Source: the human T2T-CHM13v2.0 reference genome, Homo sapiens. From it: DNA of 64,000 nt. Below are positions 30,862 through 48,044 of this stretch, one piece after another. Within the stretch, counting starts at the first letter, position 1, and each line of letters begins with the position of its first letter. The DNA lies in NCBI RefSeq assembly GCF_009914755.1, contig NC_060947.1. One strand, 5' to 3'. The notes beneath the pieces were generated by a model. The model made no database searches, was not told the origin of the DNA, and was given only the letters and a program-made list of their open reading frames with translations. The position numbers were made by a program, and so were the translations under genes.

Positions 30862-31049
30862 TTTTCATGACATAAAACAAGAAGCTTGTTTCTTCTATAA
30901 TCCTATAACAAAAAATAAACATATATTACAAATTTATACTTGAACTTGTAGAAAAAGAATGAGAGAAATACTCAAAACATTATATATTGAAATTGCTACA
31001 AGATATCTGGCAACATTTCTGGAAATATTATTTTGGGGAATATGAAAAG

Positions 31050-31600
31050 TTTTGAGCTGGGTAACAATATGAGCACATTATTCTGCAGCTGCTTGAGTGA
31101 CAGTCCTCAGGAAGTGATGAGGAGTGACTCTTTATGGCTTATTTTTAAGCTGTTGGAAGTTCCTTAGGGCTAACTGAAAATGCGTCTTCTCTGGATTTTC
31201 CCTGTTTGACATGATTGTCCAGAGCTTAGATGAAGACATAAAGACATGTTCATCCTACATGGCTTGGAGCAATATTTTATATTGTAGAGAAAATGAAAAT
31301 GACTGGCCAAAATACGATGAAACTGAACAGGGAAAGCATAAAGTTTTAAATTTCATTTTTTAAAGGCAGCATTGAGGACTCCTAGTTTAACAGTTTATTA
31401 ACTCCATTTGATAGATGCATGCTGTCAAGAGAAAGATTACCATCTCAGATTCTGATTAGATCATACCCAGGGTGATGCATTTATTTCTGATGGCCACATT
31501 TTAAGACACACATTGTAAAACTACGGCAAATCCAGAAAAAAGTTTCCGTGAGGTTCAAAAGACTCACAATAGTGTTATGTGAGGATCTATTGAAGGATTC
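31050..31600 (+). mobile_element. L3/CR1 LINE relic
   Basis: cttagatgaagacataaagacatgttcatc and ccacattttaagacacacattgtaaaact resemble CR1 RT 3' region. Confidence 0.5.
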
Positions 31601-31738
31601 CACATTCTTTCATTTATCTATTTTTTAAAGACCGGGTGTCACTCTGTTGCTTGGTTAGGGGAGGTCAGCATCGGAGATGAGTCTAAAAATGATCAGCTGT
31701 GCTGAATGGACAGCTCATGATTTGACCACAGACTTTAG

Positions 31739-32103
<365 letters not shown>

Positions 32104-32389
32104 GTCTGTTATTTTTAACCCAGACAACATTTTTGCCATCTTTCCACCAAAGCAGGAAATGCTTTACATTAGAGCTGTTTTAGAGTTTTTGTTTTTCTTT
32201 AAATTTCAAAATCAGGCTGTTGGTTACCAATCACATAAGGATACACAAATATAAAAGTATAAGGATGATGCCAAATACATGTGAGTTTGTATATTCCCTG
32301 GAGCCTGAATTTGGTGTATTGCTATGACTGTCTTCTTGATGGAACTAAAAAGGGAAAAAGAGAATTGAAATTAAGGAAAAATACCCCCA

Positions 32390-32720
32390 AACATAGAATG
32401 GTGGTTACCAGGAGTGAGGGGGTGGGGGTTAGAGGATTGAGGAAATGTTGGCCAAAGGATAGAAAGTTTCAACTAGACTGAGGGAATACATTCAAGAGAT
32501 ATACTGTACAACATGATAATTAGAATTAATAACTATGTTTTGTACACTTGAAAATTGCTAAGAGAGTAGACTTTAACTGTTCTCAATACAAAAGTATGAT
32601 AAGAATGTGAAGTAGTGCATATGATAACTAGCTCAATTTCATAATTCCACAATGCATACATATATAAAAACATCATATTGTACCTCATAAATATATATAA
32701 TTTTTTATCAATTAAAAAAA
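32390..32720 (+). mobile_element. L1MA-type 3' end
   Basis: atagaatggtggttaccagg...ttgaaaattgctaagagagtagact... Confidence 0.8.
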
Positions 32721-33716
32721 TGATAGAACTATGCCACATTGATTGATGAAAATTTCACATGAGATCTCTCTTTTTACACATATAAATAATGCATTCCTCA
32801 ATAGAAAATCACTTTGTGGATTGAGTCAAGTCAGTTAAAGTAATCAACATTGGAACTTTATGGCTTTTGCAAAGAAATTGCCTAATGCCAACAGAAAAAA
32901 AAAAAGCAAAGCAAAGAGCCACATAAATGATATTGAGAAAACACACTGCTCTAACCAAGGGCTTGAGTCAGCAGCAAATGGGTAACTGACCTAGGTATTG
33001 GCCCTAGGAAATAATTTTCTAACATAGAAGAAGGTACGGTAACAACCATGTCCCTGGGGAGGGGCAGGGTAGCAAGATCCTAGCTGCAAACAGATCTACT
33101 CAAAAGTTTTAAACAAGAGGGTTTAATGAAAAGACTATTTATAAAGAAGATTGCACTTCTTCACACCTTTGGGCAATTTGCACCCTCGGATTTGCACTAG
33201 CAAGATTATTACGTTTTAACCAACCTTGGCAGTAAAGAAAAAGGGAATGCTTATCAGAGCCTGTAGAGTTCTGATGTGCTAACCAGAGCCATGGAAGACC
33301 TGATATAAGCAGTTCTATATAAGGAGACAAGCCCTACCGTGTATTGAAACATATTGACAACCCTGTTTAAGTAAAATATTAATAGTATCCAAATATGGAG
33401 TGACAGACAATTTCAACAGAATGAAAAGTCCAGAAATACACCCAAATACACATGGAAATTTAACAAATAAAACAATGATATTGCCAGTCAGTAGGGACTT
33501 CTTCATATACACTTTTGAGAAACTGAAATAAAATAGATTCCCTACCCCCACACAATGCACAAAAATAAAATCCAAATGAATTACAGGTCTACGTGGAAAA
33601 ATTTGAAAGTGTACAATTTTATCAATAAAAATGAATAATTTTTCTAAAACCTGGATATGTAGGAATGCTTTAAAAGTGATGCAAAGTACAAATGCAATTA
33701 GATGATGGATGGATGA

Positions 33717-33757
<41 letters not shown>
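33717..33757. repeat. (GATA)n tetranucleotide STR
   Basis: About 10 perfect units. Confidence 0.95.
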
Positions 33758-33758
<1 letters not shown>

Positions 33759-34239
33759 TATGGGTACATAGTAGATACCATTTCTCAATTATTAAATCAG
33801 CAAAATTATAAAAGTTTGACATCACATTCTGGTGATGAGGCTACTGGAGTATGTCTCACACATACACAGAGAGTAATAATTAAAAACGGACAATGTTTAT
33901 GGAAATGGATTTGACAACTTGTACCAGAGCTACATATATTTTTACCCTTTGACCAACAGTCTCACTTCTGGGAAATTACCACTGAAAACATACCCTGATA
34001 AATGCAAATATACATATTTACAAAGTTGCATATTCCTACATTGTCTGTAATTGCAAAATATAGAAAGTTGTATAAATAACTGACTATAAGAGATTGTGTT
34101 TATTAAAAAGTGCATATATACACCATAAATTATCACACATTTGTATAAAATGAGACAGATATCTATTGACCTTCTTAGGGATAAAAAGCATTATTTTTAC
34201 AAATTATTTTTAAATGCTTCAGAAAAAATGATTGATTAT

Positions 34240-34420
34240 TTAGATAGATAAATAAATAGATGTTAGAGATGATGATAGATGATACAGATAGACAGATGAG
34301 ATGAGATAGATAGATGGATAGATAGATAGGCCAATAGATTGGAAAGATAGATGATTGATTGATTGATTGATAGATGGATGATAGATACTTGATAGATAGA
34401 GATGGATAGGTAGATAGATT
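34240..34420. repeat. Degenerate (GATA)/(GATT)n
   Basis: Direct observation. Confidence 0.88.
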
Positions 34421-35423
34421 CTCTAAGAGTTAATTTAAATATTTGTTTTCTGACTTAATAAATGCTAGATATGTTTGAATAAATCAAATATTACTTTTAA
34501 AAAGCAATAAATGAAACAAAGCTAGTGTTGAACTTCCAACAATAAGCCCTCTATAAACAGATCTACTCTTTAAAATATCAGTGAAACTTGCATAAAAATA
34601 AATACTTAGTTAATTTTCAGGGCAAAATCTATCCCCACCAGTCAATACAAATAAAACAGCATCCAAATAAAATGTAAAGTTGAAAGCTTAGCAATTAAGA
34701 TGCATACTTCCTAATACCACCATCAAAGAAGCAACAACCACTGATTCACTATTTACCAAAGAGAGACAGTTGTCAGTACATTTCCCAATATTTCCTCCAA
34801 AAACAACACAGAACAACTAAAAGGACAAAGGCACCTGCAGGACACCCACATTCCCAACATGAATCTATGACAGAGTATGCCTGCTCTTCAAAATAACTGT
34901 AAGTATAAATAAATAAATAAATAAATAAACAAACAAACAAATAAGAGAATCCTCTGAATTCCAGAGATCCATCTCTTGTGCTGAGAGGCAATGATGTATG
35001 ACCTGGCCAGATGTGGGGAAGAGAGAAGAGAAAAAATAAGAGAGCTCTTCTACAACTTCTATGGGTTACCATGAGAATATTTTCAAAATTATTAATTAAA
35101 ACATTATAATGAAAGGAGATAGTACCACATCATGGACTTCATTACAGTAAAAATGGAGGAGATCAGACTCTGGCATTGTCACTGACTGATAGTCTGTTGG
35201 TACACACCTCATCTTCCTGGCATTTGGATTCCTGAATTCTAAAACAAGTTGATAGATTGACTTAATTGTTGGACACCACCCCATGAATTGTCTTCAAAGG
35301 GACCCTCTGATGATCCAGAAGTGCCTGTATGAATTCTTTCAGGGAGATGATTACAGCTTTGCCCAGTCTCAATGTTATGTCTGGCTCAAACAAAGACAAG
35401 GACCACTCAGCCGGTGAATCCAC

Positions 35424-35856
35424 TGTTAAAAGAAAAACTTCAGCCAAATTAAATTTAAAGGAGTTTAATTGAGCAATGAAGGATTCGCAAATCTGGCAGC
35501 CCCCAGAATCGCAGCAGATTCAGAGAGACTCCAGGGGTGCCTTGTGGTCAGAACAAATTTATCAACAAAAAAAAAGTAAAGTGACCTACAGGAATCAGAA
35601 GTGAGGTACAGGGCAACTGGATTGGTTACTGGTTGGCGTTTGCCTTGTGTGAACATAGTTTGAATACTCAGCTGTCTATGAGTGGTTGAAGTACCGCCGC
35701 TGGGATTGGCCAACACTGAGCTATTGTTACAGGTGCATACTTCTATGTTAGGCTTTCAATCTTGTCTACCTATTAAGTTAGGTTGCAGTTCATCCACAAG
35801 GACTCAAATATAGAAATACGGAGTCCTTCTCAGGCCATATTCAGTTTGCTTAAACG
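35424..35856 (-). mobile_element. MER57 solo LTR
   Basis: tgttaaaagaaaaacttcagccaaattaaatttaaagg...ctcaggccatattcagtttgc; perfect TSD CCAC. Confidence 0.88.
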
Positions 35857-35952
35857 CCACGAAGTGCCTCTCAGTTCTAACATTGTCTGAAAACTGGGGC
35901 TCTTGTAGATCCTGAGAAGTAAGGCATTCAGATTAGAATTCCACACATATTT

Positions 35953-36294
<342 letters not shown>

Positions 36295-37666
36295 CTAATT
36301 CAATTTATTAAATTATCTTTATTGAGTAACTTTTCTAAGCTAACTTTTTTGTTGTTCTTTGATAAATACTTCAAACACATTGTGCCATTCTACCAAAAGG
36401 GAAACATGCACTCAGGTAATTGCCTTGGTCAACATAAATTCTCTCCTCTGGTGCATTTATGATTTGTTCTTCCTACCTCTTCATTCCGCCAAAATTAAAT
36501 GTATTGGTTGTAAGCTACAAAGTATTATGTATCTCTATTTCTGATAAACTCAGACATTGACTTTGAACAATCTAAAAAGAAAGATAAAATTCCCACTTTT
36601 TAATCATGCATCCTTTCATATTATAATAAAAGCACAGTTTATCCTTTCATATATAATACATATAATTATATAATTGTAATCTGGAAGTTCCCATTGCGTA
36701 TTTGCCTCTTTATTATAGTTTCTCAATATTTTCACTCCAAAGACAAAAAAGAACTGAAATATAACGACCAAAAAACTATCCAGCTGCATAATGAAATCGT
36801 AGCTCAAAGCTATAACCAACAAATATGATTCTGAAAAGCTATTTTGCCTGCACAATATAACTCAATAACAATGCTAAATGCTTTTAGTTTGGGGAATACT
36901 TATGAATGCTTCTATAATGTTTGCTCAATTCTGTAAGCAGTATCCTGACAGTTAAAATCAAACCCGCTATTCTAGCTAACAAGGGAATAGACAGCCCTGT
37001 TCCATGACAATCTTTGAAATGCAGCAATATTATCCATTTTGGGTACAATAGGTTTAATTATAGGGTCATTGTAGGGTATTTTAGATACTCAGTAAACTGT
37101 TGTGAGAAAGGGCGAATTTTGATGTCAACTTAAGTGAACCCTTTTATTTCTCCCCATCATTTGTAATGTGTTTATTACAAAATCTATCTAGTTTGAGACA
37201 GAACTGCATGGCTGAATATGTGTTTACTTTTCCTACTGCCACGTATACATACTGACATTCAGAACATTAGGATTTTTTGTCAGTTATGCAAAAGATGAAG
37301 AGGCTTAGTTCTTAATATCAAATGCAAAGACAGATGTTGTCCCTAAGCTAATATAACAACGTTTTAAATGGGACCTGTGGCATAATATTACAGCACAAAT
37401 CATTATGGTTTATTTTATAATTATGCATTTTAATGGATTCAAGTAAATCCTGCTTCGATTACATTTTGCTCCATTAGACAAAGTATCACAATCAATGTTC
37501 AGCTTGGCTCTTATTTGTTTACTTTTTATGTAGTGATGAGCTGAAACAGTCCTTAAGTCCTCACCCTTGTTCACTTAATGACTACCTATAAACTACTGTG
37601 GCACTGGTGATACTTCAACTCATGGATGGGAAAATCGAGTCTTACAGCATTTAATTTTCATCTCAC

Positions 37667-38828
<1,162 letters not shown>

Positions 38829-39173
38829 TTATTCTTATATCTCAATCCAAGCAGTTTCACCAAGGATCTTGTGCCTTCATCGTTAAAATGTAGTTATATA
38901 TTTTTCTAATTCACTACAAAGACACAAGTATTATAATTTGTACCCAAAACTTCCTTTTCTAAACCAACGGACAGAAGGGAGAAGAGGATGTAAGATACAT
39001 GTAAGGCAGAAAGGAAATGTAATTAAAAATCGAGTATCCAGGAAAGTCAAATTATGGAGAGGGACAAGGTTTGGGGCTACAAAGGAAAAAAATAAATAGG
39101 GAGCAGGTGATGTTGACTATGGAATCTTTAAAGATAAAGGTTCTATTTGGGTAGGTGAAGTAGTGAAAGGTGG

Positions 39174-39736
39174 TAAGAGAGGAGAAAGGAAAAACACAGT
39201 CAGGCAGGCAGTTAGCGTGGGTCCTCCGTTGAATCCTTTGAAACAAAGGAACAGCCTGCAGGCAGAGATAAGGGAAGTTACACAGTGGGGCTTGCCCAAG
39301 ACATGCCCGCAGCCACACAGATAAGAAAGGCTACACAGGTGACTTGCCCAGACATGCAAGCAATGGAAATTTCCATCTCCTGACACATGCCCAGTAAATG
39401 GAACAAAACAATATGGACTAACTCAAGCTAAGGGGCCGTGTGTGCATTAGGAGGATGGGGTAGAGCTACTAGATATGTGTGCCTTATGCAAATGAGAGGC
39501 CCAGACCTCACTGGTTTCTTATAAAAGCCTTTGCATTCAATTGTAAAAACAGCAACCCTCTTCCAGGTCCCCTCTCCGCAGCAGAGAGCTTTCTTCTTTC
39601 ACTTATTAAACTTTCACTCCAACTTCATCCTTTCTGTCCATGCTCCTTGATTCTCTTAGTCATGAGACACAGAACTCTGGGTGATACCTCACAATGAGAG
39701 ACTGCTACAATGTGGTGCACTGGCGAGACTGCAACA
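39174..39736 (+). mobile_element. MER66-like ERV1 solo LTR
   Basis: agagaggagaaagga...cagtcaggcaggcagttagcgtgggtcctc start; TATA-like ttataaaa and attaaa polyA signal. Confidence 0.7.
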
Positions 39737-39818
39737 GTGTCATTCCTGATAAAAACAAAACATTGAGTAAAGAAATGGAGGAGGGTCTTGGCAAGACTTG
39801 GACTGCCCAGTATGGTGG

Positions 39819-40414
39819 TGTTGACGAGAGTCCAACTCTGTAAAATATTTGAAGAGATTTATTCTGAGCCAAATATGAGTGACCTTGGCCCGTGACACAG
39901 CCCTCAGGAGATCCTGAGAACATGTGTCCAAGATGGTCGGGGTGCAGCTTGGTTTTATACATTTTAGGGAGACATGAGACATCAATCAAATACATTTAAG
40001 AAAGACAGTGGTTCAGTCCAGAAAGGCAGGACAACCTGAAGCAAGGCGGGCAGGGGGGTGCTTCCAGGTTATAGGTAGATTTAAATTTTTCTGGTTGAAA
40101 ATTGGTTGAGTTTATCCAAAGACCTGGGATTAATAGAAAGGAAATATCTGCAACGCAATAAGAGGTTATGGAGTCCAAAGTTTTATTACGCAGATGCAGC
40201 CTCCAAGTAGCAGGCTTCAGAAAGAATAAACTGTAAATGCTTCTTACCAGACTTAAGGTCTGTTGATGTTAATGCCAGAGAGATGTAATGAGGCATATTC
40301 GACCCCCAATTTCCATCATAGTCTGAACAAATCTTTCAGGTTAAAAGTGCCCTAGCTGAGGAGGAAGCCCATTCAGATGGTTTGGGGTCCTTAGAATTTT
40401 ATTTTTGGTTTACA
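39819..40414 (-). mobile_element. MER4A solo LTR inserted in a MER3
   Basis: Ends ttagaattttatttttggtttaca (reverse complement of MER4 start). Confidence 0.88.
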
Positions 40415-40600
40415 TTGGTCATTAGCCATATGTGACTACTTTAAGTTAATTAAAATGAATAATGATTAACCATTCAGTATCTGAGTTATAATTGCTACAT
40501 TTCAAGTGCTCTGTAGCCATACATGGCTAGTGGCTACCATACTGGACAGCCAAGAATAGAACATTTGCATTATTTCAAATAGTTGTGTTGGAGAGTGCTG
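40415..40600. mobile_element. MER3 hAT MITE (other end at ~39802-39818)
   Basis: acatttcaagtgctc...catggctagtggctaccatactggacagc. Confidence 0.75.
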
Positions 40601-41015
40601 GTCTTGGAAAAATAACTCAGGGTATAGCAGAGCAAAGATGCTTCTATAAGCAGTTAACTTTTAGATGTATAGTATGAAGCAAGGAGAGGGAAAGGTGTGA
40701 ATGAGTCAAATGTAAAAAAAAAATGACTTTAATGTATATGAATTGCATTAAAATTATCCCTAAAGTTTAGAAATATCTTTTTTCAAATCTCAAGCAATAG
40801 TTTGTAAATGATACAAAAATATTAGCTTAAGACCATGAATACACATAAAATAGGCTTTATAAAAATAGAAAAAATGTCATTAAATTTTGAATGACTGTTT
40901 CATAGTAGATATTTTTCCTCTCTAAATGTATTAAATAAATTCAAATTGTGTGTGGATACAGAGCCAACTAAAATTTCCTTGTTCTTTCATAGTTCTCCCC
41001 ATTTGTAGTCTATAA

Positions 41016-41378
<363 letters not shown>

Positions 41379-41895
41379 TGCTCTTTTTAATTCCTTCCAA
41401 ATGACCTCTGATTTTTGGGAGTTCACATGCTTTTCAGATTAAAACAAAAAACGAAAAGCAAAAACAGGAAACCTATTGCTCAAGTGATACTAAAAACAAC
41501 ACTATGAGTTTAAAAAATAATTTTCAATTTTATTTAATTAGATTTTCTTCTCATGGTATCCAAGCAGGTTTAAAATATTATTGGAAATAAACAACAAGTA
41601 AAAAAAAAATAGACAAATGTTCATAATGTACACTAAATATAAAACTAAAGCAAAAATATAGCATTCTTATTTTTTCTGCCCTGGCTGAATAATGATATTT
41701 TAATTTTTAAAATACATTGTCAACAACAACTCTTTCCTTTAAAAATTTTCCCTACAGAAGAGAGAATTCAGGACCAAGTGTTGATTTTGTCTAAAGAAGT
41801 AATTTATAGTAATGGTAATTACAACCTACTTACATATTTACAAATAAGGATTCTTATGTACTCTTTATTTGTTAAAAAAAAAAAAAAAAAATTAA

Positions 41896-42007
41896 TAGGT
41901 CTCACCGTGTTGCCCAGGCTGGTCTTGAACTCCTGAGCTCAAGCGATCCACCTGTCTTGCCCTCCAAACGTGCTGGGATTACAGGTGTGACCCATGGTGC
42001 CCAGACC
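41896..42007 (-). mobile_element. FLAM / Alu left monomer
   Basis: Left-arm-only Alu sequence. Confidence 0.85.
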
Positions 42008-42013
42008 CAATAA

Positions 42014-42354
<341 letters not shown>

Positions 42355-42422
42355 TAAATTATGGATTATTACTTCCTTGTGAGAACTTCCTGGAAATGAT
42401 TCCTGTGTAATGCTAGTCATGG

Positions 42423-43152
42423 TGATACAGACAGGAGGTAGGGAAATACTGGGTAGAAGTGGGCGGTTCCCTGGCAAAGGCCCCACCCCTGGAAACCGTG
42501 GCCCTAAATGAGAACAGTTATCCCTGTTTTTCTGCCCAAATGTTACTTTTTTGGCCCACTCTCCCTCCCTTTCCTGTGCCCATATAAACTCCAGACCTCA
42601 GCTGGCAGAGAGACAAGTGGCACATGTCGAGAGGAGAAGAAGCAACTGAGCATCAGAGACTACAGATAGACGCAGCTTAAATTCAGATGGCACGACTTCG
42701 GAGAGAAGCTTGCCCAGAGATGGCCAGGCTTCAGGGAAAGATCACCTTCTTCCGCACCCTCCCCTTTCCAGTTCCCCTTCTGCTGAGAGCCACTTCCACT
42801 GCTTAAGAAAACCTCTGCATTCATCATCCTTCAAGTCCATGTGAGCTGATTCTTCCTGGAGGCGGGACAAGGACCCGGGTACCAAGAGAGCAGGGTGTAA
42901 AAGGCTGTCACCCTGACTCTCCACTGATCTGGTTAACACTTAGCCGGCTGTGGACGGCAACTGCTAAAAGAACATTAATTGTAACACACTCCTAGACGCC
43001 GCCTTGGCCTTGGGGCCAGAACTCAAAATCACTCGCCGCAGCTCTTGCGCCCGCTCACTGGCATGCTCCCCCTCCCACAAGGGGGAGTAAATGAACCACA
43101 TCCCTGTCCCAAGTCCATCCCGCAAGGGGGTCACGGGAACTCTCCTGTCTCA
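42423..43152 (+). mobile_element. MER50 solo LTR
   Basis: TGATACAGACAGGAGGTAGGGAAATACTGGGTAGAAG start; ...gggaactctcctgtctca end; TSD (a/g)tgg. Confidence 0.88.
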
Positions 43153-43667
43153 GTGGGGTTTTTTGATGAAACATGTCACTTTTCATGTAAAATGCTACTG
43201 TGAATTCTGCAGCATCTTTTTGATTTTGCTTTTCTACATTGTAGAGACCACACACTTTTCTCTGAGAAATCCACTGGGATAACAGATTCAATGAAATAGC
43301 TCTGCTTGACAGAAATTTCACATATTCCTCAGAGAAAATGAAATTTCCAATCAGTTTTAAGCAAAAATATTCTTTTTTCTTGCCCCAGCTGGTACAAATG
43401 GAATCTAAACAAATTCTACAAAGGAGCAAGATTGAAAATATGAATTTTGAAGTGACAGTCAACCAGCTATGTATATTTTTGTGTTGGAAAGAATTCCCTC
43501 AATACATTACACCTCAACTGGGGCCATTAAACACCAGAACAACCACTGCTTTGACATTTAGCACCAGAATCCATCACATTTGGTAAAGGAACAAATCTCT
43601 GTGGGAAAGCAATTGTATTCTTGAAAGTGTGTATTCCATGAATTCTCTCTACATTTCAGCTCTGTAA

Positions 43668-44150
<483 letters not shown>

Positions 44151-44920
44151 TTGTTCTTCAACCTTTCTAAGATAAACCACACAGCTGCTCTATGTAACAT
44201 AGTTGGTGGAGGGGAGAGTAACTAGTTTCTGAGGTTTATTAAACATGCTCGTAATCATTATAATTTGATTAATGACAGTAATTAAATGTTGCATGCATTG
44301 CTACAAGAGAGCTTTCACTCATCTAATTAGTTAATAACATGGGTAAGGAAAATAAATGCCACTATGTTCTGGTATCACCCAACTGAGGATAAAAATGTAT
44401 CATCACACTAAGACTATGCCAATGACTCAAGTTACGAGTTTAATACCTGAAACTGGTCAACTTTTCAACAAATATATATTCGCTACTAAATGCCAATCAT
44501 AGTTGTTACTATTGAAGATACAGCTCTCAACAAAATAAAGATGCTGCTTTAAATAATGTGTTCACACATTAATTGAATGTGTAGGATAAATGCAATTTAT
44601 GTCCTTTTGTCTTTCCTTCCTTCCACCGGAAGTTTTCAAGTAGTTAAATAAGTTATTCCGGGAACGTGACCAATGAACCCCAAATTTAAATTAAATTGAT
44701 TGAAGATTAATGCTTTCTAGTACAGACTTTATCCTTAATTCTTACTATATGCTCTGAAGCTTCCTGCTTGAAGGCACAAGACAAATGGGACTGATTGTGT
44801 CTGTGTGTATGAAAGTAACATAAAAAGTATATAAACTATAAATAAAAAATATCTATAAATGACATCATTGTAATATAAAACTTTTCTAATACTGTTAATT
44901 AGTGTCATTTTTGCAAGCTG

Positions 44921-45210
44921 CTTTTCTTTTTTTGAGACAGGGTCTCACTCAGTTGCCCAGCCTGGAGTGCAATAGTGCGATCTCAGCTCACTGCAACCTC
45001 CACCTCCTGAGTTCAAGGGATCCTCTCACCTCAGCCTCCAAGTAGCTGGTACTACAGGTGCCACCACACTCGGATAATTTTTGTACTTTCAGTAGAGATG
45101 AGATTTCACCATGTTGGGCAGGCTAGTCTCGAACTGCTGGCCTCAAGTGATCTACCTACCTCAGCCTCCCAGAGTGCTGGGATTACAGGCATGAGCCACC
45201 ATGTCTGTCC
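44921..45210 (-). mobile_element. Alu (J/S)
   Basis: Antisense Alu; TSD gcaagc(t/a)gc. Confidence 0.9.
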
Positions 45211-45884
45211 GCAAGCAGCAATGTTAATAGTCATCTATAAAAATAGTTTTAGGTTGTAACTTTTGATTCTTTACATTTTATACATCTCTACATCTATCTG
45301 TAACTGTCATTGGAAGAAAATACAGACTTGGCGAGCTTGAAGGGAATATTGGAAATGATCTATTTTTGGCAATTTTTTGGTCCAGATCTAGCTGGCTACT
45401 GGGGCTTCTTACTCACTTTTTTTTTTTTTTTTAATCTCACTTTTGTTTTGGCTGCTCAGCTAAGGTGAATATTTAGCTATGAGAAACTGCTAGGTACTTC
45501 TGCTGTTAAAATTTATATCTTCTTTGGCTTGAATGTAAATTATCCAGTATCACATTATCAATATTTCTTTCAGAAATGGAGACCATCGTAGTCCATAAAA
45601 GCATCCACATAGATAACTTGAAGAACTGTACAAATATCTAAACAAACCAAAATTCATTTTAGTGATTGGAGTATTTCAGATTGCTGTGTTTCTATCTGAA
45701 ACTTTAAAGAAATATTTGAAAAACATTAAAAATAATTGACAAAAACTTAGCCTGGCCTTTAATCACATTATTTAGAAAATATATTTACTGGGCCAAAAAT
45801 ATCAGGATTTATAGAAATTACATATCCAATTTTCTTATTTCAAAGTGGAGCTGAACCAAAGACTGACTGACTGACTGATTGATT

Positions 45885-46007
45885 GATTTTTAGAGACGGG
45901 GTCTCACTATGTTGCCCAGGCTGGTCTTGAACTCCTGGGCTCAAGCAATTTGCCCACCTTGGTCTCCCAAAGTGCTAGGATTATGGATGTGATCCACTGT
46001 GCCCAAC
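45885..46007 (-). mobile_element. FLAM
   Basis: Left monomer, (GACT/GATT)n tail, TSD ctgaaccaaaga. Confidence 0.87.
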
Positions 46008-47385
46008 TGAACCAAAGATTTAAAGAGATTCTCTGAATGTCATCTAGATTCATAACTATAATCAAAATCTTATAATTGACACATGTTTATCCTACATTTG
46101 TTAGTAATTCCAAATTTCTTTCATTTTCTATTACAAATCATTAAAATATTCAAACACAGGCATTCATTAGGGCAATAATCACTAACACTGAATCCCTTGA
46201 ACACATAAAATTTATAATATAAATCAATAAACTTGGAAAATGCATACATTGAAGGTCTAATTTATAAATTCAGAGATGTTATTTATCCACCATTAATAAG
46301 AATCCTACTGATAGTCTTCAAATAAGTCCAGAGTTTGTGGCAGTGCTACACATATTTGGCTAATTATAATATCCATAACTTTTATCTAATTAATAGCTAT
46401 ACAGAAAACGAAAAATCTGTAGTTTTTCTAATCAACAAATGAGCAACGTCTTTTATCATAAAAATATTGTTGCGCTGAAGAAAAATGCTAATAGTTAAAA
46501 ACAACATTTCTGACATAGTTTAGTAGCTCTAATTTGTATAACAATTTGATTTTTCTCTGATTTATGAAAACAAGCATAATATGTTAACCAGTTAATTAGC
46601 CTTCTAAATGTCAACTTAAAAATATTTATTTCATGCATTGTTTGTGCCAAACATTGGGTTAGCTACTGAGAAAACAGCGACATTCTGTGATATTCTAAGA
46701 TTGCCTAATTTTTATCTGCATCCTTTGTTATCAATGATGATTAATGAACAAATTTTGTCTAAAAGTCACTATTAAACCAATCCTTAACATCTAGTTTAAA
46801 ACTCCATTTTGAAGGAGCTGAGACCCTTAGAGAGTTTAATTGCCTGTTTCTGAAGAATAAATTGCTGTTGGGAAAGCATCACTTTCACTTAGGTGGGATG
46901 GAAAGTACGGCAGATGGTAATCACCCACGAAGCGTTCCTGCACAGACAGCACGCCAAGCTGGTAGACGGGAACACAGACATTTCCCAGGGTCATGAAATC
47001 CACAGCATTGGGCAAGTCACATTGCTACGGTGCTACCACCCACCAATTATTCTGAAACTTCACCAAGTAAAGAATGCCTATGACACACAGTATTGCCTTC
47101 AACCTTATGCACGTGTGAATGTCCATGTGAACCTGTTGAAGAGAGGGAGAGAAAGAGAGGCAGAGAAAGAGAGAGAGAGAGGGGAGAGGGAAAATTCAAG
47201 CAGTTCATATGTTACCAGATGGTGCTGCACAGTTACAGGCTCTTGGTGTCCCGAACAAATAACTGGACTTGGCACACACACAGAGGAAAGCAAAGCGGCA
47301 AAAGTTTATTCAGCACAGTATTCCACTCTGGGAGAGGGAGCGCAGACTGACCTCTGCGAGATGAAAACAGCCCCAGCTCGCCGTA

Positions 47386-47450
47386 TTAGATTGCGGTTTT
47401 TGCCTTTACTTTTAGCGGCAAAAGCCGCAGTTACTTTTGCACCAACCTAA
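47386..47450. mobile_element. MADE1 (Hsmar1-derived MITE) with 15-bp deletion in one TIR
   Basis: ttag|attgcggtttttgcc...ggcaaaagccgcagttacttttgcaccaacctaa, flanked by TA on both sides. Confidence 0.9.
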
Positions 47451-47685
47451 TAGTTCAGATTCTTTTGTGTGTTTTTTTATCTTCTTCTCCCAAGTGTCTG
47501 CCTTTTGATTGACAGGTGGATTGCTTAGTTACTGAGGCACTTATGCCCTTGCGCAACGCCTCCATCCCACAATTTTAATTACATTCATGATATGCAGTCC
47601 ATATGTATACACTTTAAGTAGCTGATTACCATGTGGGGTCATTTTAAGGATACTTTTTCTCTCTAATGAGCATGCCCATCTCTGA

Positions 47686-48044
<359 letters not shown>

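Noticed and set aside
39705-39736. tgtggtgcactggcg after gactgctaca as a primer-binding site of a provirus
   Set aside because: No internal ERV sequence follows; most likely part of the LTR terminus.
46893-47450. 185-aa ORF, the longest complex ORF
   Set aside because: Non-ATG start; crosses a (GA)n repeat, an LTR end and MADE1; no recognisable domain.
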